Assembly (NCBI RefSeq): GCF_006345805.1
Contig: NC_043000.1
Span: 73,284,001-73,348,000, forward strand
Reading direction: 5' to 3'
DNA length: 64,000 bases
Origin: Octopus sinensis
Lineage: Eukaryota
Part shown: piece after piece, positions 12,671 through 26,330 of the stretch
Numbering within the stretch: position 1 is the first letter of the stretch
Layout of the letters: every line of letters begins with the position of its first letter
Made by a program: the position numbers and the translations under genes
The notes under the pieces: generated by a model
Database searches by the model: none
What the model saw: the letters and a program-made list of their open reading frames with translations, nothing else
What the model was told of the DNA's origin: nothing

Positions 12671-13426
12671 CTGAAAGGAAACAACAGAAAGTAACAACCA
12701 CACTCTTACCCGTGCGTAGAGCGGGTCACCTTAAGCTAGTATTAATATATTTGTCTGAATGTGTTTCCTTTATACGTATTTCAGTATTATGTATACCTGT
12801 CATGTCTTTGTGTGTGAAAAGGGGGCATCTGTCTCCAAAAGCTTTAAAGTTGAGTAACATTTTTGTGTTTGGATTTGTAAACTACGATAAGAATAACACT
12901 GGTCAACAAAGAATTTATCCCAAGAAAAAGAATATCTGTATCTTATATGTTTTTGCATGCAGAATTAAAAAAATAATGCCAAGCTATCTGTATTAAGTTC
13001 ATGTATTCCATTCACCTTCATAATGCCAATCGGAAACAACTTTTGCTTTATATGAAAAATATGTAAAATATTAAGAAAAATATCTATAATAAAATTCTAA
13101 TTGATAACTACAAACTTTTGTTAAAACAAAACATGTGGGTGAAGTAAATCTCATAGTGTGAAGAATCAACACAAGCAGGTGAAACACAACACAATGTGCA
13201 GTTGTCATAGTAACAATCTGTTAATACCTTGCTGTCGGTTGATTGGTTAAAATTACCCAAATTTCCCAACTTTAATTCTAAATAACATCAAATTCTTTAA
13301 TTTACGAGATAAAGTAATTGGTTGATTGTAATCAAAATTCAGAGTTGCATTAATACACTAAAATTGAAAGCAATCAGAGCAAATTAAAGGGGGCTCATTT
13401 TGCAAATGAGAAAGACTAGATCCAAT

Positions 13427-13650
13427 GCATGGCTGAGTGGTTAGGGGTATTCGGCCCATATTCATAAAGTCACAAGTATGATTTCCTGTGGCGAGCTGTG
13501 TTTTTGAGCAAGGTACACCTTGTTGCAGTCTACTCAGCTGGTAAAAATGAGATGCAGCCTTGTCACATTCTGTGTGAAGCTGAATCTCCTTATGGTATGC
13601 ATGTTTGTGGAGTTCTCAGCCACTTGCGAGATAGTTTTATCCTCGTGGGG
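13427..13650 (+). mobile_element. Degenerate SINE, same family as 7628-7946
   Basis: GCATGGCTGAGTGGTTAGG head, TTGAGCAAG body and tail remnants. Confidence 0.65.
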
Positions 13651-14273
13651 TAATGAAAGGTGAAAGTGACATCCAATATTTGCTGTGTTTATGTATCTAT
13701 AACTTCTCTTTGGATCAATGTATCTACAGTCTCTCTCACTTCCTCTGTGTCCCTCCTCTCTTCCGCTTATAATTTAGCAATGTGTGTATGTATCTATGTA
13801 TCAACTTTACTTTCGATCTATGTATCTACTTTTCTTGCAATGTGATAAGCATTTAAAAATACAAAGCGAACACCATCACCAATTACTATCTCTTTCAGTC
13901 TTTTTTCTCTCACTCTCTTCCTCCCTCACTCTCTCTCTCTCTTTCTCTCTTACTTCCTTTCTGAAACATTTAAAAACACAAATGAACCCGTCACCCCTGT
14001 CTTTCTCTTTCACTCTCTCTCTTTCTCTCTCACTCTATCTTTTCCCTCTTACTCTCTCTCTCTTTCTCTTTCATTCTCTCTTTCTCTCTTACTTCCTCTC
14101 TGTCCTTCTCTCTCTCTCTCGCTTCTTTGAAGTGTGACACACCACAGGTATGGACAAAAGCAAACAAAACTAAGCGTATTGATATTATTGATATCTTAAT
14201 AGCGAATGTATATGTTAAAATGGTAAAACATTCTGTGAAATACATTTTATTTTTTATGTCTTAACATTTTCAG

Positions 14274-14408
14274 GAAACACTCTAATCGAGCATTTGAATG
14301 ATAAAATCCATCAGTATACAACAAAGACCCCCATGCTAGGTTTATTCTACAACAAACCAAATATATTCAGTTCTGGCTTCGTTCTCACTTACAAAACTAT
14401 TCCTAGAG
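14274..14408 (+). CDS. CUB-TM gene exon C: CUB1 C-terminal (NTLIEHLND...SSGFVLTYKTIPR)
   Basis: Acceptor cttaacattttcag, donor gtaact; 135 nt, phase 1 to 1. Completes YDG and carries the CUB GF.L.Y motif. Confidence 0.85.
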
Positions 14409-14966
14409 GTAACTAGTTTTCTTTCTGACAATTCTACTCTAAAAATTTTAGTAATTTTTCTTATTTAAAGCAAGAAATAAGCCACCCATGATGATTTCAT
14501 GTCTTCAAAAGTTGGTGAGATTGTTGTTGATAGTCATCTCAAACTTCTGCAGGTTGATGATATTAAAACATGTACAAGGGAGGTGGGGGAAAAGTAGAGT
14601 TTGGAGGAGGGTGAGGTGAGGGGGCAAGGATGATGAGAAAGATTAGCAAGTTCAATTGATAATCTTGAGCATAAATATCAGGTTTAAAAAAATAAAGTAC
14701 TGGAGTCAGTTCATTCGACTAAAATTCTTCAAGGCAGTACCCCAGCATGCTCACTATGATTGAAACAAGTAAAAGAAAAGACAAAAGATAATATATACAG
14801 ATAGAGAGGAAATACATGTATATGTGTATATCATCAACATAGTTTCATTAGCTACAATATAATTTATACTTTTATTTGCTTAAATGACTTTCATTAAACA
14901 AAGACTATTAAGATATAAGTATTTTGTTATTACAGGATTGATATTCTCAATTTATTTCTGGTAAAG

Positions 14967-15052
14967 AAAACTTGTCCAGAAAATAAAGTATACAAATATC
15001 CTGGAATTAAGGATCAGTTTATGATATCAACAGCTAGTGGAACTGATTACAA
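14967..15052 (+). CDS. CUB-TM gene exon D: CUB2 N-terminal (TCPENKVYKYPGIKDQFMISTASGTDY); 5' phase conflict
   Basis: Donor gtaagt, phase 2, joins exon E in frame. Cys1-Cys2 spacing (31 residues) equals CUB1. The acceptor as written gives phase 0 rather than 1. Confidence 0.65.
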
Positions 15053-16063
15053 GTAAGTAAACAATTTGTACTTTAGTCACTTTTCATTTCATTCTAATTT
15101 TCTCAATGATTTGCATCCATTTCTTCATGCTACAATAGACAAAATGATTTCTTAAAGCAAAGAAAGTACTTTGCTTTACTTTACTTGCAAATGATATAAA
15201 GCACAGCATGAATCAAACAAGTCACTTAAACTGCCTGAAATCACACACTATTACCAGAGAAAAGAATACAATAGATAATTTAGTTCTATATTCCTTTAAA
15301 AGGCTGGATAATCATGACTGAAAACCCATGATCATGGGTCTGTTCCATCAGTGCTGACCAGAGATTAATACAAGAAACAATCACAACAGAACTAGATGAC
15401 ATCATTCGGGAAAATCAAACAGAGACACAGGCATCTTGTGCTGGTCTTGATATCACAAACTTGATTGAGGTAAATAATTCTATTGCAATTTAATTTCCTC
15501 GGTCCTTAGCTAATTTTGTGAGATAATGAGTATAACTGATTATTATAATATGCAAATTTGACTGCTTGCAGTTAATCATCTGGAAACGATGGACTTTAGC
15601 ACATTTACTTACTTGTTTAGAGATTATTTATTTAAAACTATTTTTCTTCAAAATTAAATGTACAACCTTTTATAATTTTGCAAGTACAGGATGGTAAAGG
15701 TCATCAAAAGAAATCAGAATAATATTCAAACTTATCTGAAGTTATCTTTCATACCTCATGGGAAAATGAAAAGATGAGTCATCGATTAATAATATATTTT
15801 TTGACCCCATTTTTTCTATTTCAATTTAGTTAATCTATTTAATGCATGGATCATTAAAAAGCTAAGTTTCAAGATATAAGATAAAAATTTTCATCTCTGC
15901 CAAAATATACAATAAAGATCACAGCACATTTTCATAGGTGATTGAACATATTTTATATTGATTTGGAAGGAAACATATGAAAGTCATAGCAATTGGATTT
16001 GAATTCAGGATACTTTAAGCACTAAACTCGATACTGCTGGGGCAGTATCAAGTTTTTCATCAG

Positions 16064-16200
<137 letters not shown>

Positions 16201-17430
16201 ACACACACTCATACACATAGAGAGGTTTCTGCATAATTTCCGTCTAATGTTATTGTTGTTATAGTTTCACCAGTTCTATTCTGATCAAGCAGAACCTTAA
16301 TGAAAGGTTTTCCATCATGATCATACTATCTTTTTATGATTATACTAAGGTGATAATGTTTGATTTGAGGGTGATTTAGCTACTGTCTCTATCAGGTTGA
16401 ATAATTGCACAAAGCTCTTGCATGGGTTTGTAAAATTTCAGTTGATTAGTATCTTTGTATGCTTTGTGTAGTACATTCCTCAATTATATTGTCTAATTTG
16501 GAAACAGGAGCCAGTGGTCTCTGTTAATGTTCAGCCATAGATTGACCCTGATTGAGCAGATCTCTAATCAATGCATTCCACCAGTGTCCATCCTGTCTTC
16601 TCTTTCAGACAGAGTGTATGAAGGACTACATCATCCTTTGTATGTGTTCCTTTTTTTAAGAATGCAAGACATAATTTAAGGAAGATTTGGCTGCTACTTC
16701 TAGCATGCTGGGTGTCCTTAATATATTTCTTAATAAACTATAACACTGGGTGTCCTAGAATATATGTCCTTAATAAACCATAAATTAAACCATAGATTCA
16801 TCTCTTAAATCCAAATGTCTTATAAGACTGTTCTTTATCATTTATTTAATAAAACAAAATGATATTGAAGGTGACTTTGTAGTTTCTATATCCTTTTCAC
16901 AGAATATATTATAGTCATGGCTCCCTCCTATACAGAATATATCATATTCATGGCTTTCTAAATTATCCACTGCATTAGACTTTTGGCTGGAGGGTTAATA
17001 GTTCATTTCTATTTACCTGTTACACATTGTACAAGGCTGAGACATAACTGTTTCTAGCCTAGTCCATTTTTGTATGAACAGTTACTGAGTAAAAGTGCAG
17101 CTTACCATTGTAAAGAATTTTCATTGATTTGAGTTGCTAAACTGAAATCATTGAGTATATTTTGGAGACATCAATAGAGTTAATCATCCACTGATAGCTG
17201 AATGTTTTGAAAATATCAAGCTGTTTAGAAAATGTCGAGTTGTATAACAAAAATGCTAAGCAATTAAATTTATTTAAAATTTTCTTTAACTGAGGAATAT
17301 TGATTTCCTTTAGTTAACCACATGACTAAACTCTGTAAGAGGTGGACTACTGTCAACTAAATCAACCTAAATGATAGTCAATTGTTAGTCAATTCTAAGA
17401 ATAAAAATCAATGTGAATTTCATCATTGTA

Positions 17431-18382
17431 TGTGGTGCATTCCAGAAGGTTTGAGAATCTTTTAAGAGAGGCAGTCATAGCTGTCCTTACATTGTTGTAA
17501 TTTTAGTGAATCATTACTATTCATCTAATAAACTGAGCAACTAACTTTTTTTATTCAAGATTGAAGGAGATCGCTCTAAGAGCACTTTGAACATACCCTA
17601 CTTAACATTGCTTATCACAGCTGACTAGTTTGCAGTATGCAGTCAGGCTGAGAAGACAATTTAGAACCTTATTATGCAATAAAATTTTGTGATAAGGATG
17701 GTATAGAGGAGGTCAGAGAAGATGAAAGGTGTGGGAAAGAGAGGGATGCCAGAATATCAGAGCTGGATAAGAAAATTCACAACTCTCCGGATGAAGATCG
17801 CAATGTATAAAAAAGCATAGTTTGATATTGATGTGGTAATTTAACATGAAAAATTATTCATGAAGATCTAAACATGAACAAAATTTGTGCAAAGTTTGTT
17901 CCCAGGATGTTCAGTGACAAACAGAAAGAAAGGCGCATTGGTGACAACAAGGAGATGATTGACCTCATTACCTCCAATTTTAGAATACTTGCATCTCTGA
18001 TGACAAAAGCTGGATCTACTATTACTATTCTGGTGATCAAGAACTTGTTAAAGATGGGCATCAAAACTCTACAATTCAGACCTTGCTTCCTTTGACTCAC
18101 CCGCTCTACAGTCCAGATTTTGCTTCCTGTGACTTTTGATTACTCCCCAAGCTGAAGGAGAACCTCAGGCAGTCATTTTGAAGAAGATGAAGAGAGGCTA
18201 CGGCATGGGTCTTGGATACCTTCATTTTAAAGGTCTTCCATGGCACCTTCATGAAGTGGTTGGAGTGCTACAGGTGCATTGAAGTCAGGGGAGCTTACTT
18301 TGAAGAAGATTAAAGTTTTGCACTTCTTTGAAATAAATGTCTCTCCTGAAAAAATCTCAAAACTTCTGTAATACACCTTGTC
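17431..18382 (+). mobile_element. Internally deleted mariner (DD34D) with both TIRs
   Basis: TIRs TGTGGTGCATTCCAGAAGGTTTGAGA and reverse complement CAAGGTGTATTACAGAAGTTTTGAGA. Remnants KICAKFVPR and HPLYSPDFASCDF. Confidence 0.8.
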
Positions 18383-18430
18383 TACTTGAGTGTAAAAATA
18401 TTACATAACTGAATGTCATTAATATTTCAG

Positions 18431-18555
18431 CTTGCCAGATTATTGCCATTTCACACTTCACACAGATGAATCTTCCTACATTGAATTAGATTTACAGCAA
18501 CTTGATATTAACAACTCATGTCTGCCAAGTTATCTTGACATGTCAATAAATAATT
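18431..18555 (+). CDS. CUB-TM gene exon E: CUB2 middle (LPDYCHFTLHTDESSYIELDLQQLDINNSCLPSYLDMSINN)
   Basis: Acceptor taatatttcag, donor gtaagt; 125 nt, phase 2 to 1. CUB pattern C.F...I.L....DI..SC..SYL. Confidence 0.85.
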
Positions 18556-18582
18556 GTAAGTTGTTACTGTATCTTTTATCTT

Positions 18583-18780
18583 TTATTTGTTTCATTTATT
18601 TGATTATGGCCATGCTGAAGCACTGCTTTGAAAAAATTTAGTCGCACAAATCTACCCCAGGACATATTTTTTTAAAGCCTAGTACTTATTCTATCGGTCT
18701 CTTTTGCTAAACCAATTAGTTATAGAGACTAGTTGTCGAGCAGTGGGAGGGATAAGCAGAGACACAAAGACCCACACACG
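18583..18780 (-). mobile_element. SINE 3' part (family of 5256-5702)
   Basis: GGCCATGCTG...AAGCCTAGTACTTATTCTATCGGTCTC match. Confidence 0.75.
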
Positions 18781-19310
18781 TCTTTCTAGCCTGTACCTTC
18801 TTGAGGTGTGGACGGCAATTCTCTTTGCTCCGTTCGCCGTTCACAGAATTTAGCGTTCGTAATACTTTTTTTCGTTCGGCGTTAACAGCCCTTATTGTCT
18901 TGTTATTTTCCTTGTCCTGTCTTTTACTGCTTATATTTTGTACTGTCGTTACTGTCCTGGTTTTGTTACCATTTTACCCCTCTGCAAAAAGATCTCAAAT
19001 TTTATTTGATTTGCTTTTCGCAGGAAGGAAAGTTTCTTATCGAAGATACGTCTCACCTTCACCTTCGAAACATAGAGTAGATGAAACCATGGCGACTGAA
19101 GAAGGGGTTTTTTCCTTGTGTTATTTGTCCTGTACTCTTTTTTTGTTGTTTAAGAAAAATGTCCAGTTCCTTGTGTTTGTGTTTATGTTTTCGTTTCTCA
19201 TTGTGTTCAACGTTTTTTTGGTGTCCTGTACTCATATATGCGTGTATATATACATGTAGAGGTAGGTACGTACATATATGTACATATATATGCATATGTT
19301 TTATTTATTA

Positions 19311-19350
<40 letters not shown>

Positions 19351-19353
<3 letters not shown>

Positions 19354-20460
19354 GGTGTCCTGAAATTAAGGCAACCGAAGTTTCAGACTTTACTTTCAAT
19401 AAACGTGATAAAATATGAAAATTATACATCATTGTAAAAGTTTAGTGTGTCTGCTTTTTGTTTCAGACTAAATAAATTCAGATTTATAAATTAGATAATG
19501 CCTATAGACTGAAATACAATCACAACCCTCCACAAAGGAGGTGAAAGTAATATAGCTTAAAATTAACTGAACAATAGTCTGGAAAATTGTCAAGAAATTT
19601 CAAGAGACTGGTTCCACACTGATCGACCTGGACATAGTCGAAAAGGAAGTGTGCAAACCCCTCAGCTTCTCAAAAGTACCAGAGAAAAGATATGGTGAAA
19701 TCCTCATCATTCTGTCAGAAAACTGGCTGCCACAGCAAAAATAAGCTGTATTGAGTACTGAAGGAGAATCTCAGGACCCACTCCTACAAGATGATCTACC
19801 ATTACGTGCTCACATAAGTTTATAAGGCCATGAGACTGAAAAAAAGTCGTCTTATCCTGCATCAGATAGCTGAAGGTATGCTGCCCAACTTAGTATTCAC
19901 TGATGAAAAGAAATTGGAGATCAAACAGACAGTAAACCACTAGAATGACCAACTTTGGAGTGTATCTTGCTCTGTTGAGTGTAGACTCATAAATCAATGT
20001 CCAAATCCAGTCTTATGGTTTGGGAAACTGTGGCAGCCATTGGAAGGTCTCCTCTTGTTTTTGTGCCCTTAGATGTTAAAATGAACACCCAGCAATACAT
20101 AAGCGACATCTTCGAAGTTGAACTGCATCCATGGGTGAATGGACACTTTCATGGTGCACTTTGAAGCCACCAACAGGACTCAGCACCATCCCACAGCTCC
20201 AAACAGACACAACACAGGATTCAGAAAAATATTCCATCGCTCATAGGCAAGAATGTATGGCTCTCAGGAAGCCCCAATCTCAACTTGTTGGATTTTTTTC
20301 TTTTGTTCATTTTGGAGATGAGTGTCTTGAGCACTTCTCATACTTTGCTCAAAACTCTGAAAGCAAAATTGCTCCAGGAATGGGCTTTGATTTCACAAGA
20401 ACAACTGTGTGTTGCATGTGAAACATTCACACCGTTTCTGCCAAGAGGCCACGATATTCT
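19351..20460 (+). mobile_element. Degenerate maT-type Tc1/mariner with 5' TIR; 3' end truncated
   Basis: TA|CAGGGTGTCCTGAAATTAAGGCAA. The 5' non-coding part matches the reverse complement of 8960-9090; VFTDEK remnant. Confidence 0.85.
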
Positions 20461-21999
20461 CCATGCTAGCTCTATCTCTTCAGTGTTCTGTAGGGATGGG
20501 TAGATAGCGTTTGGATGTTGAGTGTGCCTCTAAGCTTCATCAGGTGTCTAAATGGTTAGGAGAGCCGATACATACAAGAGTCAGTTACTAATAGATACAG
20601 TATATTTTTCTTATTCAAGAGGGCATAAGAAGAAAAGGAGCAATACTTAGAGTGTGAGAGGAGTAAAATTTAGTAAAATGGATTAGTTATAGGAAAGGGA
20701 AATATGTCATAGATTTCAAGTGTTGCCTTCCAAGATTCATGTTATTTTGTCCAGTGAGGAATAGGTAGGTATATTCGTTCTAAAGATGAGTTTTTTATGA
20801 AGGGTAAATTTAGGCAGTGATTCTTATTTTGTTTACATATAAATATATGTTATGTTTGTGTTTACAGTGGTGTTCATTATTTTTTCGATCAACAAGTCTC
20901 TGAATCCTTGTGTGCAGTGGTTATGGTCAGTCCTGCAACCTAATTGGTCAGCTATTTTTTGAAAACTATAACACAGTTCCAGTTCATTGATGGTTAACAG
21001 ATAACACAAAAACAAATCAGATAAATAAATAAGTAAATAAATAAATAAAAAAAATAAATGGATAAAAAACTGTGGCCACTATGGGCAAGTAGGAAAGCAG
21101 AATAACATTCAAACTAGATTAAATTGAATTAAATTAAATTAAATTAAGACAAGTAAATAAATAAATAAATGGGTATGTGAGTGAGTACAATAACTAAAGC
21201 AATACGACTAAGGGGATATGATCTTAAGGGACAGCGTAAGAAAAAAAAAAATTATTTCAACCATATAGAAATAAAAATAAAAATCTAAAATATATATCTA
21301 TCAGGGGAATCAGCTATATTGTTAAACATAAAATATAGAAATTGGACAGAGGATTCATTTTTGTTGGTAGGTGTAATAAGGAGGATTTTCTGACAAGGGA
21401 CAACAAATGGAACGGACCGGATCGATTGCTTGTTTTTCTGAGTTATAGTTCTGTTGTGTCTGGGGAGAGTCATTCTCTTTTAGTGCCTTATTATTTAACA
21501 CACTCACTGGTAGAATTTCCACTTTTTTTTTCTTATTTCTATTTTCTAAAATTTTTGTTGTGTCTTGCAACCTTTTCAATAGTTTTGATTCTTTCTGTTA
21601 TTTACACTGCATTTCTTTTTTGTTTGTTTCAGTTATATGGATATGGTTTAAACTACATGTAAACTTGATATAACAGAATAACCATCCTAATTATTTTAAT
21701 GTATACTTTTTTATTTTTCCCTGCTGATACTCTATAGAAAGTTTTCTTTCTGTACTTTTTGTCCATCCTGTGAGAGAAATATCCTTCAACCATTTAACAA
21801 CATGTTAACTGAAACAAACTCTAGTGAAACAATCTCCTACAAACTTTATGGTATAGAAAAGAAAACATGACCAAAATTTTCAATTTTATTTTAATATTTC
21901 ACTCTTAATTTTCAAGTATAATTTTCCTTTGTGAGTAATGAAAGAAAAAGTTATTTTAATATTCTAAAAATGAAAGTATATTATTATGATCTTTTGTAG

Positions 22000-22128
22000 T
22001 ATCTTTTCCATCTGAAATTGGTTATTTTAATCATCAAGTCTCCATGCAAGCAAAAAGTATACACATTCAATACCTAAAGAAGACTCAATGTAAATTCCTC
22101 ATACTTTTTAATGTTAAATCTGTAACAG
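22000..22128 (+). CDS. CUB-TM gene exon F: CUB2 C-terminal (SFPSEIGYFNHQVSMQAKSIHIQYLKKTQCKFLILFNVKSVT)
   Basis: Acceptor gatcttttgtag, donor gtaagt; 129 nt open, phase 1 to 1, same size class as exons C and I. Confidence 0.75.
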
Positions 22129-22218
22129 GTAAGTTGTGTACCAACATTTATTTTTCATATTTGACATTGATTTCTGACTAGTTTACAAGACCAATTTTTT
22201 TAAAAGGTGGGCATATTT

Positions 22219-22291
<73 letters not shown>

Positions 22292-22292
22292 A

Positions 22293-22470
22293 TCATCATC
22301 ATCATTTAACGTCCATCTTCCATGCTGGCATGGGTTGGAAAGTTTGACAGGAGCCAGCCAGGTAGAAGACTACACCAGGCTTCAGTATCTGTTTTGGCAT
22401 GATCTTTACAGCTAAATGCTCTTTCTAATACCAACCACCCCATAGAGTAGAGTGAGTATTTTTTACATGG
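22293..22470 (-). mobile_element. RTE 3' end (older subfamily)
   Basis: (ATC)n-TTTAACGTCC...CCATGCTGGCATGGGTTGG, adjacent to (TA)n. Confidence 0.8.
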
Positions 22471-22694
22471 CATAGGTGTATGGTTAAGAAGCTTGCTTCC
22501 CAGTTATGTGGTCTTGGAGTTAGTGTGGTGGATGGAAACTGAAATACACCTGTTGTGTGTGTGCATGCATTCATATGTACCCTAGTCTTAACATCACATG
22601 ATGGTTGTAAATGGGCATCATCATCACACAAGTGAAGTTGTTCATTTCTAATCTTCTATAAAAACATGTCTTGCTATGAGAAAATATTACAATG

Positions 22695-25520
22695 TGTTGT
22701 ATCCCCTGTTGAACTATTATAACACCACTCCAGTATAGCAGTATAGTTAGTTAAACAAGTAAAACACGACTACCTATCTTGGACTACTGAACTGACACTC
22801 CTCAACTTCCTATGTCACATTATTTGTAATGATTAGCACATACCACTCATCACATGGGAGGGGTGTTACTATTCTCTCCATAACATCCCCATTTTAAGTT
22901 TTTCTTTTTTTAGGGAGTGTAAATTTATTTCTTTTATTAGTAATAATTTTTACATCTCCTCACCTCACCTCCTTTTGCAAATGTCGCAAATGTCAGTTCC
23001 ACTGGTGACATACCTGCTGGTTTATTTGAATTTGGTGGTATACAGTATACTCTTAAGAATTGTTGTAGAGCTACATCATCCATGGCTTCCTTATTCAACT
23101 TTCTTGGGGCTCTCTTAACTGTATCAACATAGTGTTCTGCTTGTCTGTTAGATCTGGAATGGTATGGTGCAGTAGTTACATGTTCTGCAGCAAACGTTTT
23201 ATGAAACTTTTTAAACTCAAAAGACACAAATTGCATTCCATTAGCAGACACTATTGTGTTTGGGACACCAAATCTCGCAAACAGCTCATGTAAAATGTTT
23301 GTCACAGCTGAGGAGGTTGGCTTTTTGCACCTACGAATTTTTGGCCATTTAAAGAAACTATCTACTATCACTAAGTAGTATGAACCATATAAGGGACCAA
23401 TGAAATCGATGTGTAGTCTCAATGATGGAACATCTACTTTTGGCCAAGTTTCACTTTTTATTGTTGGTAATTTTGCTGCTAGAGCACATCCTCAGCAGCC
23501 TTTTACTAAATTTTCAATTTATCTAACCATTTCTGCCAGCATACATAGTTACGCATTGAAGCTTCCAGCCTAAAAATATCTGGATGTCCAACATGAAATT
23601 CCCTCAACATTTTCTTTTGCAGTGTTTCAGGTATTACTACTCTCTGTGCATACATCAGTACACCATCACAAGTTGAGTATAGGTTCATGTCTTGGTTTTG
23701 TTTCACGCCAATCCTGTTCCTGTTTACTTTTCCTGTTCACTGTATTCATTTCTGTTATGAATTTGTCTTTTCTACATTTAGTTTTATATCTTCAAGGGTC
23801 ACAGGTAATTTTTGTACCACATTCCACATTACATTTTTTTTTACTTCTTCTGATCTTAATGACTCACAGTGTTTCAGTATCAGTCTGGACAAACGATCCG
23901 TATGCCCTAGTTTTTTTTATAGTAAATATTCCATTTTGTAATCATAATTCAATAATGTAGTACTCCATTGCTGTAGTCTATTCATTGTGTGTTTATGGTT
24001 TTCCTTTTTTAGAACCATATATTGACAGTTATGGGCATGGTCTGTTTGTAGACAGAAACTTCTTCCATGAATAACTCTATGGAATTTTTTCACACTGAAT
24101 ATGATTGCTAACACTTCCTTTTCTATTTGGCTATGGTTCCTTTCAGCTGGTAATAATGATTGTGATGCATGGGCTATAGCCATTTTACTCCCACCATCAT
24201 ATTTGTGTAGGAGCACTGCTCCTACACTATAATCACTCACATTTGTAGCCAATATAATATCCAACTTTGGATTAAAATGCATTAATGACAAGTTCAATGT
24301 TAAAATGTTTTTTAATTTGTCAAATGCCTTCTGATACTTATCAGCCCAGCACCATTTTGCATTTTTCTTTAGCAGATCATTGAGTGGGGCCCTTACATTG
24401 TGTATATTGGGGATATAATTTTGATAGTAATTCATTAATCCCAAGAATGCTTGTAGCATAGTTACATTACTTAGTGTGGGCATATTTTTATCACAGTTGC
24501 TCTGGATGGATCCAGTTTCCATCTGTTTATATCTATTATCTGGCCCAAGTATTTAATTCTTTTCAGAAAAAACTCATATTTGGCAATGTGAGATTAAGCA
24601 ATCATTCAAACCTGTTGAAAAATCTGCACAAACTCTTAACTTACTATGTTTCTTATAAATGTAGACCATAGGTGCTGCCCAATCTGAGTGGTCCATCTTC
24701 TCCATTATTCCTAGGCTTTCAAGTCTTTCAAGTTCCTTATTTACCTGTTCTAGTGCCATGAACAGTACATTCTGTTTTTGCTTAAATACAGGTGTTGCAC
24801 TTTGTTTTATTACAATTTTTGCCTTCATTTTCGTGCAGCAGCCAAGTTCATCTGAGAAAACAACTGGAAATAAATGTTTTATTTTGCGTTTCAATCCCTC
24901 AGCCACATTAGAGCCCTCAACTGAATTCACTATATTCCCACACAAAATAATTATGGACACATTTCACATTTTGAACAGTTCCATCTACTCTGTGCCAAAT
25001 AGATTTACTGAATTTTTGAACACATATTTTTAATTTTTTCATTTGGTCATGAAATGTCACATTACACACAAATTCACCTACAAAATACAATCTTTTACCC
25101 ATGACACCGTGTGCTACTTTAGTAGATTTACTTAATTTCAGCTTACTGATATACTTCCAAGTTCCTTCATTCACAATGGTAATATCACTCCCAGTATCTA
25201 GCTGCATTTTTACTCTTATATTTTTAATTTTCACATTTACAAATTTCCTCTTTGTCACATTACTATTTTTTCAACATCTTGTTTGTTCTTTTTTCTCTGT
25301 TCCAACGTTTTGTCATCTTGGTTTTATAGTGTGCTTTTACATGTCCAATTTTTCCACAAAGAAAGCAGTGCATGTGTTTCTCACTGGCATAATGACCTTC
25401 TCAAAATACAAAAATGAAAAATTCATGATAGATTTAGCTTCTTATTTTATGGAGATATGGATCTTCTTTCTGTTTAATAGTTTATAAAACTTGAAACTAA
25501 ATTCTGCTTTTATGAAGACA
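22695..25520 (-). mobile_element. Degenerate Ty3/Gypsy element: 3' LTR (~22695-22885) and internal region; 5' LTR absent
   Basis: Minus-strand PPT AAAATGGGGA then TGTTAT. Integrase 22937-23422 (LHIDFIGP), RT/RNaseH 23917-24960, protease QLDTGSDITI, gag knuckle CFLCGKIGH ~25330-25370. Confidence 0.9.
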
Positions 25521-25566
25521 AGACTTGGTGAATCATTTATTTTTTATCTGCCAAAATATTTTTCAG

Positions 25567-25660
25567 TTCCTTCCTGCTTTCTCAGCCCCACTATTGATGT
25601 CATCAGTGGACCAAGAAGATTCCTGAATGTTCCACAAACTGCACCATTTGACCTTGATGT
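25567..25660 (+). CDS. CUB-TM gene exon G: CUB3 N-terminal (PSCFLSPTIDVISGPRRFLNVPQTAPFDLD)
   Basis: Acceptor aatatttttcag, donor gtatgt; 94 nt, phase 1 to 2. Confidence 0.7.
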
Positions 25661-25899
25661 GTATGTATTATACTACTTATTAGTATCTGTTCAAGGATCA
25701 TTAATTAATACATATCTCTTTCATTAAAATTTCAGTTTCTAGACAAAAAAGATCATGATGCATCCAGTATGTTAGTGACTGGATAATAATATCACTATAT
25801 ATATTCTGTTCCATAGCTTCAATATTTGTTCCCTCTAATTAGTAACAAGCCTAATATTCTAACCTCCCTCAGTTAACATTATTGACGGCCAAGAAAGTT

Positions 25900-26330
25900 G
25901 TGAAAAAGTCATGAGCAGTGTAACTCACTGCACACAACAAGCTTATAGCTTTCTATGCTTACTTCTGTGGCACATTGATACCATCACCTGTCACCTTAAT
26001 CATCAAGTGAAGGTGACCGGTGATGGTATTATGAGATCATCCCTAGTGGGTTGGTATGGATCCTCACAGATGCGCCCATTCATTGAACTGAACAGATCAA
26101 ACAAAATGCAAAGAGTGTGTGAGGTCAAATTTCTCCTACTTGTAGCATGAAAACCATTTCTGTGTACTAGTTTCAGTAATAGTGCCTTCTCCATATACAG
26201 CACAAATGTCTCAAATGATTTTGGTGACTTTGGGACCTTAACTGAAAGCAAAGAGAAGCAGCTTTCAAAAAGCTCATTTTTACCTACTTTGCACTTTTGT
26301 TTGAAAAAGGGTAAAATTTATTCAAATTTC
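25900..26330 (-). mobile_element. Highly degenerate mariner-like fragment
   Basis: VTGDG-like remnant and a mariner-like segment in ORF 26003-26251. Confidence 0.35.

Noticed and set aside
15352-15780. Open frames ADQRLIQETITTELDD...LIE and YRMVKVIK...
   Set aside because: The start overlaps a degenerate interspersed repeat, the second frame has no usable donor, and exon D joins exon E directly.
19060-19120. Hammerhead-like CGAAAC ... CTGAAGA boxes
   Set aside because: Helix III lacks the required U16.1 and no GAAA follows helix II, so it cannot fold as a hammerhead.
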